A DNA stretch of 64,000 nucleotides from Malacoraja senta. Taxonomy: Eukaryota. The notes under the pieces were generated by a model, which did no database searches, had not been told where the DNA came from, and saw nothing but the letters and a program-made list of their open reading frames with translations. The DNA is taken from NCBI GenBank assembly GCA_038087875.1, contig CM075997.1, positions 2,916,001 to 2,980,000 on the forward strand, written 5' to 3'. Shown in pieces: positions 39,840-52,341 of this stretch. The position numbers were made by a program, and so were the translations under genes. The stretch's first letter is position 1, and each line of letters opens with the position of its first letter.

Positions 39840-40047
39840 TGGAATGGATGGACCTCCTGTGTTTTGTAGAGCAGGTGCAGCACGGAGGTGTAGAGGCGGA
39901 GGCTGATGGTGAGGGAGAGGACGGAGAGGGCTAGGTAGGCCAGCACACTGATGCTGCTGAACTGGGTCAGCGAGAAGAGGGTGAGGATGATGGCACCGAA
40001 GAACGTGCCTGTCTTCTTCACATCCTCCCAGTACAGGAGGTCGATCA
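39840..40047 (-). CDS. rtn2: Reticulon homology domain exon A (208 nt)
   Basis: ctccctgcag|TG ... CCA|gtgagt. Encodes VIDLLYWEDVKKTGTFFGAIILTLFSLTQFSSISVLAYLALSVLSLTISLRLYTSVLHLLYKTQEVHPFQ. 208 nt is the conserved size of this exon in vertebrate RTNs. Confidence 0.95.
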
Positions 40048-40801
40048 CTGCAGGGAGAAATAAAGTCACAGTGAAAATCCACCCTTCAATCAGTATTACA
40101 CCCATTAAGGTCACAAGTGAACGGAGCAGAATGAGGCTGGTTTAAACCTAAGATGGACATAAACAGCTGGAGTAACTCAGCGGGACAGGCAGCATCTGTG
40201 GAGAGAAGGAATGGGTGACGTTTCAGGTCAAGACCCTTCTTCAGACTAGAATTAGGCCATTCGGCCCATCAAGTCTACTCCACCATTCAATCATGGCTGA
40301 TCTATCTCTCCCTCCCAACCCCATTCTCCTGCCTTCTCCCTATAACCCCTGATGCCCGTACTAATCAAGAATCTATCTATCTCTGCCTTAAAAATATCCA
40401 TTGACGGCCTCCACAGCCGAAGAATTCCACAGATTCACCACCCTCTGACGAAAGACATTCCTCCAAATCTCCTTCCTAAAGGAATGTCCTTTAATTCTGA
40501 GGCTGTGACCTCTAGTCATAGACTCTCCCACTAGTGGAAACATCCTCTCCACATACACGCTGTCCAAGCCTTTCATTATTCGGTACGCTTCAATGAGGCC
40601 CCCCCCCCCCTCATTCTTCTAAACTCCAGGGAGCACAGGCCCAGTGCCGTCAAACGCTCAAACATTGACTCTGCTTCTCTCTCTGCGGACGCTGCCTGAT
40701 CTGCTGAGTATTCCCATCATTCTCTATCTATACTGCACACCTTCCCCATCCTGCATTGGACAAGGCAGCACGGTGGCGCAGCGGTAGAGTTACTGGCCTT
40801 A

Positions 40802-41254
40802 CATAGAAACATAGAAACATAGAAACATAGAAATAGGTGCAGGAGTAGGCCATTCGGCCCTTCGAGCCTGCACCGCCATTCAATATGATCATGGCTGATC
40901 ATCCAACTCAGTATCCTGTACCTGCCTTCTCTCCATACCCCCTGATCCCTTTAGCCACAAGGGCCACATCTAACTCCCTCTTAAATATAGCCAATGAACT
41001 GGCCTCAACTACCCTCTGTGGCAGAGAGTTCCAGAGATTCACCACTCTCTGTGTGAAAAAGTTTTTCCTCATCTCGGTCTTAAAGGATTTCCACCTTATC
41101 CTTAAGCTGTGACCCCTTGTCCTGGACTTCCCCAACATCGGGAACAATCTTCCTGCATCTAGCCTGTCCAACCCCATAAGAATTTTGTACGTTTCCATAA
41201 GATCCCCCCTCAATCTCCTAAATTCTAGCGAGTATAAGCCAAGTCTATCCAGTC
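40802..41254 (-). mobile_element. CR1 LINE 3' fragment inserted in a V-SINE head
   Basis: RLGLYSLEFRRLRGDL...; (catagaaa)n tail at 40802-40832. The SINE head is split at ...cttaca | cttacagcgcc. Confidence 0.88.
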
Positions 41255-41997
41255 TTACAGCGCCAGAGACCCGGGTTCGATCCTGATCTCGGCTGCTGTC
41301 TGTACGCAGTTTGCACCTTCTCCCCGTTACCGCGAGGGTTTTCTCCCGGTGCTCTGGTTTCCTCGCGAGGTGAGGCCACATTTCCGTTTTGGACACGGTG
41401 TTATAGGAGAGATGCTGTCAAGCTGGAAAGGGCGCAGAGAAGATTTACAAGGATGTTGCGCCAGGACTCGAGGGCTTGAGCCACAGGGAGAGGTTGGGCA
41501 GGCTAGGACTCTATTCCTTCGAGGGCAGGAGAACGAGGGGTGATCTTATAGAGGTGTGCAAAATCATGAGAGGAATGGATCGGGTAGACGCACAGTCTGT
41601 TGCCTAGAGTAGGGGAATCGAGGACCAGAGGACATAGATTTAAGGTGACCTGGGGGGGAACCTGAGGGGTAACTTTCTTACACAAAGAGTGGTGGGTGTA
41701 TGGAACAAGCGGCTGGAGGAGGTGGTTGAAGCTGGGACTATACATGGATAGGACAGGTTCAGAGGGAAATGGATCAAACGTAGGCAGGTAGGACTAGTGT
41801 AGATGGGCATGTTTGTCGGTGTGGGCAAGTTGGGCCAGTTTCCAGGCTGTATGACATAAACTCGGCCCACTTAGTCCATGCTGTATATCATGCATTAATC
41901 CAGCAAAAAGCACAAAGTGCTGGAGTAACTCAACGGGTCAGGCAGCATCTCTGGAGAACATGGATGGGTGATGTTTTTGAGTCAGGATCCTTCATTA

Positions 41998-42525
41998 TTA
42001 GAAAACATAGAAAATAGGTGCAGGAGGAGGCCATTCGGCCCTTCGAGCCAGCACCGCCATTCATTGTGATCAGGGCTGATCGTCCCCAATCAATAACCCG
42101 TGCCTGCCTTCTCCCCATATCCCTTGACTCCACTAGCCCCAAGAGCTCTATCTAACTCTCTCTTAAATCCATCCAGTGACTTGGCCTCCACTGCCCTCTG
42201 TAGCAGGGAATTCCATAAATTCACAACTCTCTGGGTGAAAACGTTTTTTTCTCACCTGTCTTAAATGAACCCCTTTATTCTAAGACTGTGGCCCCCTAGT
42301 TCTGGACTCGCCCAACATTGGGAACATTTTTCCTGCATCTAGGTTGTCCAGTCCTTTTATAATTTTATATGTTTCTATAAGATGCCCCCTCATCCTTCTA
42401 AACTCCAGTTAATACAAGCCTAGTCTTTTCAATCTTTCCTCATATGACAGTCCCGCCATCCCAGGGATCAATCTCGTGAACCTACGCTGCGCTGCCTCAA
42501 TCACAAGGATGTCCTTCCTCAAATT
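41998..42525 (-). mobile_element. CR1 LINE 3' fragment
   Basis: Reverse complement of the same 3' region as 16484-17153. Confidence 0.85.
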
Positions 42526-43749
42526 ATTCTCAGACGTCTGAAGACTTGACTCTGAGGAAGGGTCCCGAGCCGAAACATCACCTGTTCATCTCATCTAGAG
42601 ATGCTGCCTGACCCGCTCAAGATTCCTGCATCTGCAGTTCCTTGCCTATTGTACACTACCCCAGCCCTGAAGGTGAATGTGAAATGCAACCAATTATTTC
42701 TATGTCCCAACGCTAAGTCCCCAAGAGTGATACAGCGTGGAAACAGGCCCTTCGGCCCAACTTGCCCACACCGACCAACATGCCCCATCTACACTAGTCC
42801 TATCTGCCTGCGTTTGGCCCACATCCCTCTAAACACATCCCATTATTGCACCTGTCCAAATGTCTCCGAAATGTCGTGATTGCTCCTGACTCACCTACCT
42901 CCTCCGACAACTCGTTCCATACACCCACCACCCTTTGTGTAAGAAAGTTACCCCTCAGGTTCCTATCAAATCTTCCCCCTCTCACCTTAAACCAGACACA
43001 AAATGCTGGAGTAACTCGGCGGGACAGGCAGCAATCTCTGGAGAGAAGAAATGGGTGATGTTTTGGGTCGAGACCCTTCCTCGGATTCTTGGTAAAAGAC
43101 TCATTTTGTGCATTTACCCTCTTCATTGCTCTCCTGATCGTATACACCTTATATGGCCTTTCATTCTCTGAGGTTCTTACTAAATCTTCCCCCACTAGAA
43201 TCCCACAGCAACAGGGAGCTAATACAAAGCCCGACCCCTCCCCACCCCACCCTCCACCCAGCCAGAGGGGTAGAGTCTAGGGAGGAAGGGGGGGGGGGTC
43301 TACTGGCATTTTAAATTATGAGCATAATTCCCTGGAGCTATGATTAGCTCAGTCGCCGAGCAACGGTCAGGGCCGAGATGCCGTCGCAACAGCTGATCCA
43401 GATCGGATTGCAGGGACGAGAAAAGGTTCTCCCCCACCCACCCCCCCCCCATCCCCCTCCCCAGCTAAGCCTGAGGAGCGGAGAGAAACTGAACAAGGAG
43501 GGGAAAAAAGGGGGATTAAACGCGGGACGGTGCCTCGAGGATCCCGGGGGTTGGTGCGGGGAGGGAGTTGGTCTCCTCCTTGTCTGTGGCCGGTTGGAAT
43601 GAAAACTCGAGGGGGGGCTTCTGAACGCCAGGCCGGGCTGGTGCGGGACAAGCATTGTCGCTGCACCCCACTGTGGTCGCTGTCCCGGCCGCACCACCAC
43701 TTTGGGATTCCCCACGCGGCTGGCAAAATACGAGGGGGGAAGATCTGAC

Positions 43750-43762
43750 CTTTCCGTCCCAT
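43750..43762 (-). CDS. rtn2: Candidate RTN2-C type short-isoform start (MGRK)
   Basis: ggagcATGGGACGGAAAG|gtcaga. A phase-1 splice to 40047 gives MGRKVIDLLYW, compared with human RTN2-C MGSKVADLLYW. Sits in a CpG-rich island. Confidence 0.72.
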
Positions 43763-44100
43763 GCTCCGCTCCGCTCTTCCCCGGGCCCACGGACTCTGGG
43801 GTAGGCTCCACACCACCGGCACTCGCTGACACTGGCTGGAGTGGAGGATCCGGTGCCCAGACTCCCCCCCCCCCCCCGCCCTCCCTGCCTCCCCCCTCCC
43901 ACCACCAAACCTCCCCCTGCATGTTAACCCCTCGTGGTCCAGGACACCCCCACTCGGTGCCAAAGATGCTGGGACATCACAACGTCACAAGATAGACCCA
44001 AAAAAGGAGCAACTCAGCGAAACAGGCAGCGTCTCTGGAGAGAAGGAATGGGTGACGTTTCGGGTCGAGACCCTCAGTTCTACTGCTTCTACAACGATAA

Positions 44101-44770
44101 TCCCTTTCACCTCCGCAACATTGCAAAAATCAGATCGTCTCTCACACCCCCCGCTGCTGAAAGACTCATCCATGCCTTCATCTCCTCCCGACTGGACTAC
44201 TGTAACTCTCTTCTTTTCGGAATCAATTCCAGCAACATCAACCGACTCCAACTGGTCCAGAATGCAGCCGCCCGACTCATTACCCACACCAAATCCTGGC
44301 ACCACATCACCCCAGTTCTCAAAGAACTTCACTGGCTTCCCATTTCCCACCGGATCATCTACAAAATCCTGGTCCTCACCTACAAAGCCCTCAACAACCT
44401 GCCCCCCCCTTATCTCATTGACCTCCTCTCCCCCTACCAACCCTCACGGTCCCTCAGATCCACATCAGCTGGTCTCCTCTCCACTCCGAAATCCAACCTC
44501 TGCACTTTTGGAGGCAGAGCCTTCTCCAGGGCAGCTCCCAGGCTCTGGAATTCCCTCCCACAACTGATCCGAAATTCTGAGTCCCTCACCATCTTCCAGT
44601 CCCGCCTCAAGACCCATCTCTTCACCTCTGCATACCCTTAGTCCCATGTTCCCCTCCCCTCTGTCTTACTGCTCTATTTTGTTTTGTTTATTCCTGACTC
44701 TCAATTGTAAAGCGACTTTGAGTCCTGAAAAGCGCTATATAAATAAAATCTATTATTATTATTATTATTA
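44101..44770 (+). mobile_element. L2-clade LINE 3' fragment
   Basis: FHLRNIAKIRS...LIHAFISSRLDYCNSLL...LQLVQNAAARL...HITPVLKELHWLP...RAFSRAAPRLWNSLP, then AATAAA and an (att)n tail. Confidence 0.92.
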
Positions 44771-47700
44771 CTGGGTTTTAGTGGACAATGGGCAATAACG
44801 GACACCATTGCCCATGGTCCATTGTACCTGAGGGTTTACTGTACTAAGGAATTCAGTAACGCCCCACCTTCAATATTAGTCTTTACCTTCATCTAACTTG
44901 ATCCAAACATACATATCAATGCCGGGAGAAATCTCTCTCCATTAGGGTGCGGTTACCGTGGATACAGCCCAATCTCCACCAGGCCGCAGTTGCCATGGTC
45001 ACAGTCACCAGGCCACGGTTACCATGGTCACAGTCACCACGGTTACAGCCCAATCTCCGCCAGGCCGTGGTTACCATAGATACAGTCACCATGGATACAG
45101 GCCCGATCACCATCAGACAATAGGTGCAGGAGGAGGCCATTCGGCCCCTTCGAGCCAGCACCTCCATTCAATGTGATCATGGCTGATCATCCCCAATCAG
45201 TACCCCGTTCCTGCCTTCTCCCCATATCCCCTGACTCCGCTATCTTTAAGAGCCCTATCTACCTCTCTCTTGAAAGCATCCAGAGAACCTGCCTCCACCG
45301 CCCTCTGAGGCAGAGAATCCCACAGACTCACCACTCTCTGTGAGAAAAAGTGTTTCCTCGTCCCCGTTCTAAATGGCCGACCCCTTATTCTCAAACTGTG
45401 TGTGTGGCCCCTGGTTCTGGACTCCCCCCAACATCGGGAACATCGGGAAGACGTACAGGTTTGCAGGTTAATTGGTTTTGTACAAGTTTGCATACAGCCC
45501 CAATCTCCACCAGGCTGCAGTTGCCATGGTTACAGCCCAAACTCCACCAAGTTCGATGGTGACCACCTAATCTTTGCCAGGTGCCAGTCCCCCTGGGTTT
45601 GGGCCTGATCTGCTCAACGTGGTCCAAAGCGGGTAGAAATCCGCCTGGGGGAGTCCAAGAGAGGAGGGGGACCGGTGTAGGTGTCATCACCGAGTTAATA
45701 TGCGGGGATCGCTGGTCGGCACGGACTCAGTGGGCCGAAGGGCCTGTTTCTGCACTGTATCTCTAATCTAAACTAAACAAGGGCCACAGAAGCTTAGTTT
45801 AGAGATACAGTGCGGAAACAGGCCCTTCGGCCCACTGAGTCCGTGCCGACCAGCGATCCCCGCACAATAACAGGCTAGGGGCAAATCACAATGACACCAA
45901 AGCCAATTTGCCTACAAACCTGTACTTGTACGTCTTTGGAGTGTTGGACGAAACCGGAGCTCCCGGAGAAAACACACGTGGTCACGGGGAGAACGTACAA
46001 ACTCCGTACAGACAGCAACCGTAGTCAGGATCGAACCCGGGTCTCTGGCGCTGTGAGGCAGCAACTCTACCGCTGCGCCACCGTGCTGCAGTTTAACGCA
46101 GCTGCTCAGTCCCACTTCTCAAAGGGAACTAGGGGTAAATAACGGCCTTCATAGTGATACCCAGATCGCTAAATTAAATATATAATTTTTTAAATCACAG
46201 ACTGAGTTCAAGTCTGGCTGGTGCTGTGGATGCAGAACTGGAGAGTTAAGAGTGTGACACTAATAATCTTGGAGTAACAACACACATTCACACTTACACC
46301 TTTTCAGCAGATTCTTTCTCACCTTCTCTTTAAGCACCCCTTCTTCCTTTCCTTTGGTTTTTTCCTTTTCATTCTTCCATTCACTCACCCTTCCATCCCC
46401 CCCTCCCTCCTCCCTCCCACCCTCATTCTCCATCTCGTTTTCTCTCCATCTCTGTTGCAGGAAAGATGTTCCCCAATGTTGGGCGAGTCCAGAACCAGGG
46501 GGCCACAGTCTTAGAATAAAGGGGAGGCCATTTAAGACTGAGGTGAGAAAAAACGTTTTCACCCAGAGAGTTGTGAATTTGTTGGGAATTCCCTGCCACA
46601 GAGGGCAGTGGAGGCCAAATCACTGGATGGATTTAAGAGAGAGTTAGACAGAGCTCTAGGGGCTAGTGGAATCAAGGGATATGGGGAGAAGGCAGGCACG
46701 GGTTATTGATTGGGGACGATCAGCCATGATCACAATGAATGGCGGTGCTGGCTCGAAGGGCCAAATGGCCTCCTCCTGCACCTATTTTCTATGTTTCTAT
46801 GCTTTCATCTTCTCCTCCCCACTCTGACGCCTTCTCATTTAGACTTTGGAGATACAGCCCGGAAACAGGCCCTTCAGCCCACCTAGTCTGCACCGACCAG
46901 CGATCCCCCCACACGACGACAATCCAACACACTTTTTACTTTTTTAACACCAATTACTTTTTTTTTTACAGAAGCCAATCGAACCGCAAACCTGTATGTC
47001 TTTGGTAGTGTGGGAGGAAACCGGAGCACCCGGAGGAAACCCATGTGGTCACATGGAGAACATGCAAACTCCACACAGACAGCACCCAAGGTCAGGATTG
47101 AACCTGGGACTCTGACGCTGTGAGGCAGCTGTGCCACTTGCTAGTTTTCGTTTGACTTTCTCTCCCACTGAGGTCTGGGTCACACTCATCTTGTGTCACC
47201 ACCATCTCCCTGGGATCAGACTCATCCTGCCCCCTCCCATGGGACTGGGGACCCTGCACACCGCCTTGGTGGAGATCGGCAGTGCCCAGGGTTCGGAGAG
47301 AGAGATACCCGACCACCCCCCCCCCCCCCGACCTCCCTGGGTCAGGCCCATTGCAGGAGGGGCCGGACCCTGCTCTGAGCGAGGCAGGCGAGGGAGATGG
47401 GACGTGTAGGAAGGAACTGCAGATGCTGGTTTAAATCGAAGATAAACTCAACATGCTGGAGTAACTCAGCGGGACAGGCAGCGTCTCTGGAGAGAAGGAA
47501 TGGGTGAATGGTTTCGACAGATCGAAGAAGGGTCTCGACCCGAAACGTCACCCGTTCCTTTTCTCTCGAGATGCTCCCTGTCCCGCTGAGTTACTCCAGC
47601 GTTTTGGGTCCATGTCTATCTTCGAGGGAGGTAGGGAATTCGTCCGGAAGTTAGGAATGAGGTGCGGGGAAGGGCCCAGACCCCCTCCCCAGAGGGAATG

Positions 47701-49087
47701 AGGGAAGGGGGTGGACATGAGGGCATCACAGTGGGAAGGAGAGCTGGTCTTGGTGGCAGGATCGGGAGCGGGGGTGGGAGTTGCTGACTAGACGCCTGTT
47801 TTTTTCCGGAGTCCCTCTCCCTCCCACACGCCCAGCCTTCCCTCTCCACCAGCCGCTTCTGCCCAGCCTCGCCCTGCCTCTGTCTTCACCACAAGCACCG
47901 TGCTATAAGCCCCACTCTCACACCGAAAATACCCCCCCTCCCCCTCATAGCTTTACAATTGTGTATTTAACCAGCTCCCACCCTTTGTCCCCCACCCCTT
48001 CCTCTCTCTTTCTCCATCTGTCACTCCCTCGATGAGGTCTCTTTGTCCGCATCTCTCTCTCTCACTCTCTCCGTCTGCCTTCTCTTTGTTTCTTCCTCTC
48101 TCCCCTGCCTGCCTCACATTTTTCTCTCTCTCTCTCTACGTCTCTCCCTCTCTCTATCTGTCTGTTGCCCCTCACCCCGTGTATCCCTCCCTTGCTCCCC
48201 CCTTCTTTGTATCATTCTCACTCTCTCTCTCCCTTTCTTCCTCCCACCACCTCAGTCTATCCCTCCATTATTCTCCTTGTACCTGCCTGCCTGCCTCTTT
48301 CTCTGTCTGTACGTGCCTGTCATCCTATTCATCTTCTGTCTGTGTCTGTGTCTGTCTCTCTCTCTCTCTCTCTCTCTCGTTCTCCCTCTTTCCCCCTTTT
48401 TCTCCCGCTCTATCTCGTGTGTTTCTCAGTCTGCCTTTATCTCTCCTCATGTTTCTTTATCCTCAGTCCGTCTCTCTCTCCTATCCTCCCAGTGTCAGTC
48501 TCTCAGTGTCACTCACTGTCTGTCTGTGTGTGTCTCTCTCTCTCTCCTCCACTCCCTTTCCCTTTGTCTCTCTCCCTCTCTCTCTCTCTCCCTCTCTCTC
48601 CCTTTGTCTCTCTCTCCTCCACTCCCTTTCCCTTTGTCTCTCTCCCTCTCTCCATCTCTCTCTCTCCGTCTCTCCCTCCCTTTCCCTTTGTCTCTCTCTC
48701 TCCATCTCTGTCTATCTGTTTCTGTCTGTTTCTCTCTCTCTCCCTCTCTTTCCCCTTTGTCTCTCTCCGTTTTCTCTCTCTCCCTTTCCCTTTGTCACTC
48801 TCTCTCACCATCTCTGTCTATCTGTTTCTCTCTCTCTCCCTCTCTTTCCCCTTTGTCTCTCTCCGTTTTCTCTCTCTCCCTTTCCCTTTGTCTCTCTCTC
48901 TCTCCATCTCTGTCTATCTGTTTCTCTCTCTCTCCCTCTCTTTCCCCTTTGTCTCTCTCCGTTTTCTCTCTCTCTCTCTCTCCATCTCTCTCTCTCTCTC
49001 TCTCTCCCTCCCTCAGCCACCTGTCCCCCTCGGTCAGCGAGAGTCAGTGACAAAGCCGGCAGCCGGTCGGCGTGTGTTGTTGCGTAC

Positions 49088-49154
49088 CCTTGTCCCTCTG
49101 GAGGATCGAGTTCCACACACTCTCCATGCCGGGACACTCTGAGCGGACTTCCAT
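49088..49154 (-). CDS. rtn2: Candidate alternative first coding exon of rtn2 (MEVRSECPGMESVWNSILQRDK)
   Basis: Strong Kozak gcaacATGG, 67 nt, donor AAGG|gtacgc in phase 1, compatible with the 208-nt exon. Resembles the RTN1-C and RTN4-C leaders. Promoter-like motifs lie just upstream. Confidence 0.7.
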
Positions 49155-49360
49155 GTTGCGGGATGCTGCAGTGATGGGTTGTTGCCGCGCGCGGACCCCT
49201 CCCTCACCTCCCCCCCCCCCCCTCCCCAGCCCTGACGCGGGGCGGTGGGGACCACCCCACTGTGTGTAACGCTGCAGTATCCACCGCCACCAATCAGCGC
49301 ACACACGGCAAGTTGCCCGGCAACACCCTTCCTCCAGTGACGTAACCCTTTCCCTGCTGA
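49155..49360 (-). promoter_or_regulatory. Candidate internal rtn2 promoter and 5'UTR
   Basis: CpG-rich. GC box ggggcggtgggg near 49238, CCAAT (caccaatcag) near 49290, CRE-like TGACGTAA near 49338 and TGACGC near 49233, all directly upstream of the ATG at 49154. Confidence 0.5.
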
Positions 49361-49384
49361 AACGCTCTCACACTGATCCTCACA

Positions 49385-49806
49385 GCTCAGAAATCCTAGC
49401 AGCAAGAATTAGGCCATTCGGCCCATCAGAGCTCATGTCATAGGAGAAAAATTAGGCCATTCGGCCCATCAGAGCTCATAAGCCATAGGAGCTAGAATAA
49501 GGCCATTTGGCCCATCAGAGCTCACAAGCCATAGGAGCCAGAATTAGAATCAGAAATCCTAGCAGCAAGAATTAGGCCATTTGGCCCATCAGAGCTCATG
49601 GCATAGGAGCAAAATTAGGCCATTCGGCCCATCAGAGCTCGTCATAGGAGCCAGAATTAGGCCATTCTGCCCATCTGACCTCATGTCATAGGAGCAAAAT
49701 TAGGCCATTTGGCCCATCAGCTCATAAGCCATAGGAGCCAGAATTAGGCCATTCTGCCCTTCAGAGCTAATGTCATAGGAGCAAATTAGGCCATTCGGCC
49801 CATCAG
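49385..49806. repeat. ~45-bp minisatellite derived from a LINE/SINE 3' terminus
   Basis: About 8-9 units of aattaggccattcggcccatcagagctcatgtcataggag. Confidence 0.9.
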
Positions 49807-50967
49807 TTCAGTACAGTTTTGTTTATTGTCAGGTGTACCGAGGTACAGTGAAAAGCCTTTGTTGCATGCTATCCCGTCTACTCCGCCATTCAATCATGGC
49901 TGATCTATCCTTCCCTCTCAACCCCACTCTCCAGCCTTGTCCCCATAACCCCTGGCACCCGTCCTGACCAACAATCTGCCAATCTCCGCCTGAAAATTAT
50001 CCATTGACTTGGCCTCCACAACCGTCTGTGGCAGAGCTTCAATCAGTTTAGTTTTTAGTTTAGAGATACAGTGCAGAAACAGGCCCTTCGGCCCACCGAG
50101 TCCATGGCGACCATCGATAACGCCATATACACAGTAGTGACAATTTACAATTTTTACCAAAGCCAAATTAACCTACAAACCTGTACGTCCTTGGAGTGTG
50201 GGAGGAAACCGGAGCACCAGGGGAAACCCACGCAGGTCACGGGGAGAGTGTACAATCTCTTTACGGACAGCAACCGTAGTCAGGATCGAACCCGGGTCAC
50301 TGGCGCTGTGAGGCAGCAACTCCACGGTGCAGTTGGCTGCTAGCTTACTAGAGGCCGAGCTTGGGATCTTGTCCAAGAGTTGTCAAATTGGCCCCATTTT
50401 TCCCCATCCGTCCTCCATCTTGTTCCTCCCCACGTTTACCTAATTCCCTTCAGAAGTAAATCTATGCCCACGCCACATCTCTGAGCCGTGGCTTTGTACA
50501 GCGATGACATGAATCTACTCATCCCCATGCCTCCCACAGTCCAGGCTCCTCTTGGTTAACAGAGATGCAGCATGGAATCAGTAGTTCACACTAGTTCTAT
50601 GTCATTCCACTTTCCCACCCGCTCCCTTCACACGAGGGGGCAAATTACAGAGGGCCAATTAACCTCCAAACCAGCATGCCTTTTGGAGTTTGCCGGCACC
50701 CGTCATAGTCGCAGCAGGTCTCCGAAAATGTTCAACATGTTGACAATCCAGTGGCGACTAGAAAACGGGACGACTCTTTGGGCGACTACTCACGACTGTA
50801 CAGGCGTCACCCCGCGACATGTTGTCAACTAATCGTAAGGATATGTCAAAGACTATAGGGCCTGATTGACTATAAGGCTGAGATTGACAGATTCTTGATT
50901 CGTAAGGGTGTCAGTCAGGGGTTATGGGGAGAAGGCAGGGGAATGGGGATGGGAAGGAAAGATAGAT

Positions 50968-51486
50968 CATAGAAACATAGAAACATAGAAATTAGGTGCA
51001 GGAGTAGGCCATTCGGCCCTTCGAGCCGCCATTCAATATGATCATGGCTGATCATCCAACTCAGTATCCCGTACCTGCCTTCTCTCCATACCCTCTGATC
51101 CCTTTAGCCACACGGGCCACATCTAACTCCCTCTTAAATATAGCCAATGAACTGGCCTCGACTATCCTCTGTGCAGAGAGTTCCAGAGATTCACCACTCT
51201 CTGTGTGAAAAAAGTTCTTCTCATCTCGGTTTTAAAGGATTTCCCCCTTATCCTTAAGCTGTGACCCCTTGTCCTGGACTTCCCCAACATCGGGAGCAAT
51301 CTTCCTGCATCTAGCCTGTCCAACCCCTTAAGAATTTTGTAAGTTTCTATAAGATCCCCTCTCAATCTCCTAAATTCTAGAGAGTATAAGCCAAGTCTAT
51401 CCAGTCTTTCTTCATAAGACAGTCCTGACATCCCAGGAATCAGTCTGGTGAACCTTCTCTGCACTCCCTCTATGGCAATAATGTCC
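50968..51486 (-). mobile_element. CR1 LINE 3' fragment
   Basis: QRRFTRLIPGMSGLSYEERLDRLGLYSLEF with a (catagaaa)n tail. Confidence 0.88.
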
Positions 51487-52127
51487 GTGATCAGCCGTGA
51501 TTGAATGGCGGAGTAGACTTAAAGGGCCGAATGGCCAAATTCTGCTCCTATAACATGAGCTTATGAACTATCTCCTTAAAATACTTCCAGTGCTGGAGAC
51601 TTTGCAGGAAGGATGTTTCCCCTGGCTGAGGGTCACATTCACAATATAAGCAGTCGGCCATTTTGGAAGAGATATGTTCCCCTAGAGAGTGGTGGATTTT
51701 TGGAAGTAGCCTGGCTGTGGAGACAAGGTCACCGCTTACACCCAAGACAGAGATCGATAGATTTTAGGATATTAAAGGAACTGATGGAATGAGGGTGGAG
51801 GAGGAAATGGCCACTGATGTAGCAGATCGAGTATCGAGCAGGCACAAGCATGAGGGGCCGAATGGCCTTGTCCTTCTAATTCTCTGCCTTTGAGAAGGAT
51901 AGTTCCAGCTTCTGCACTCTCTGGGACGAGTCCAACCTCCCCCATCTCCGGGATCTCAGTTTCGTTCTCAAAATGCTGGGCCCAGATTTAGCCAGGCTTT
52001 AACCCGGCCTTGCCAGTGATTTATAAGGTCAGGCATGACGTCCCTGCACTTCAGTGCTCTATTAATAAAGCTCTGGGTGCCTCACCCTGGCTGACCCAGG
52101 GTATCCCTTTCAGGGTCAGTCCCCAGA

Positions 52128-52341
52128 CACCAACCCAGAGTAACCCTTCCACTGCCAGTGCCCACACACCAACCCAGAGGAACCCTTCCACTGCCAGTGC
52201 CCATGCACCAACCCAGAGTAACCCTTCCACTGCCAGTGCCCATGCACCAACCCAGAGTAACCCTTCCACTGCCAGTGCCCACACACCAGCCCAGAGTAAC
52301 TCTTCCACTGCCAGTGCCCACCCACCAACCCAGAGTAACCC
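52128..52341. repeat. 39-bp minisatellite, about 5.4 copies
   Basis: Unit caacccagagtaacccttccactgccagtgcccacacac. Confidence 0.93.

Noticed and set aside
37046..40047. Calling the reticulon rtn1 because the domain resembles RTN1
   Set aside because: The MGQVL..HC, STPDST and WGTPR exons, the MGRK start and linkage to foxa3 all indicate rtn2. A phylogeny would confirm this.
47131..47400. GC-rich island as another rtn2 exon
   Set aside because: I found no convincing acceptor/donor pair in a compatible phase.
48032..49174. Long Leu/Ser or Glu/Arg ORFs (also at 37.6-38.5 and 62.6-63.9 kb)
   Set aside because: Translations of CT/GA low-complexity tracts.
51925..51946. ATG GGG GAG on the minus strand as a further micro first exon
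   Set aside because: The only adjacent GT (gttgga) is weak and in phase 0, incompatible with the phase-1 reticulon exon.
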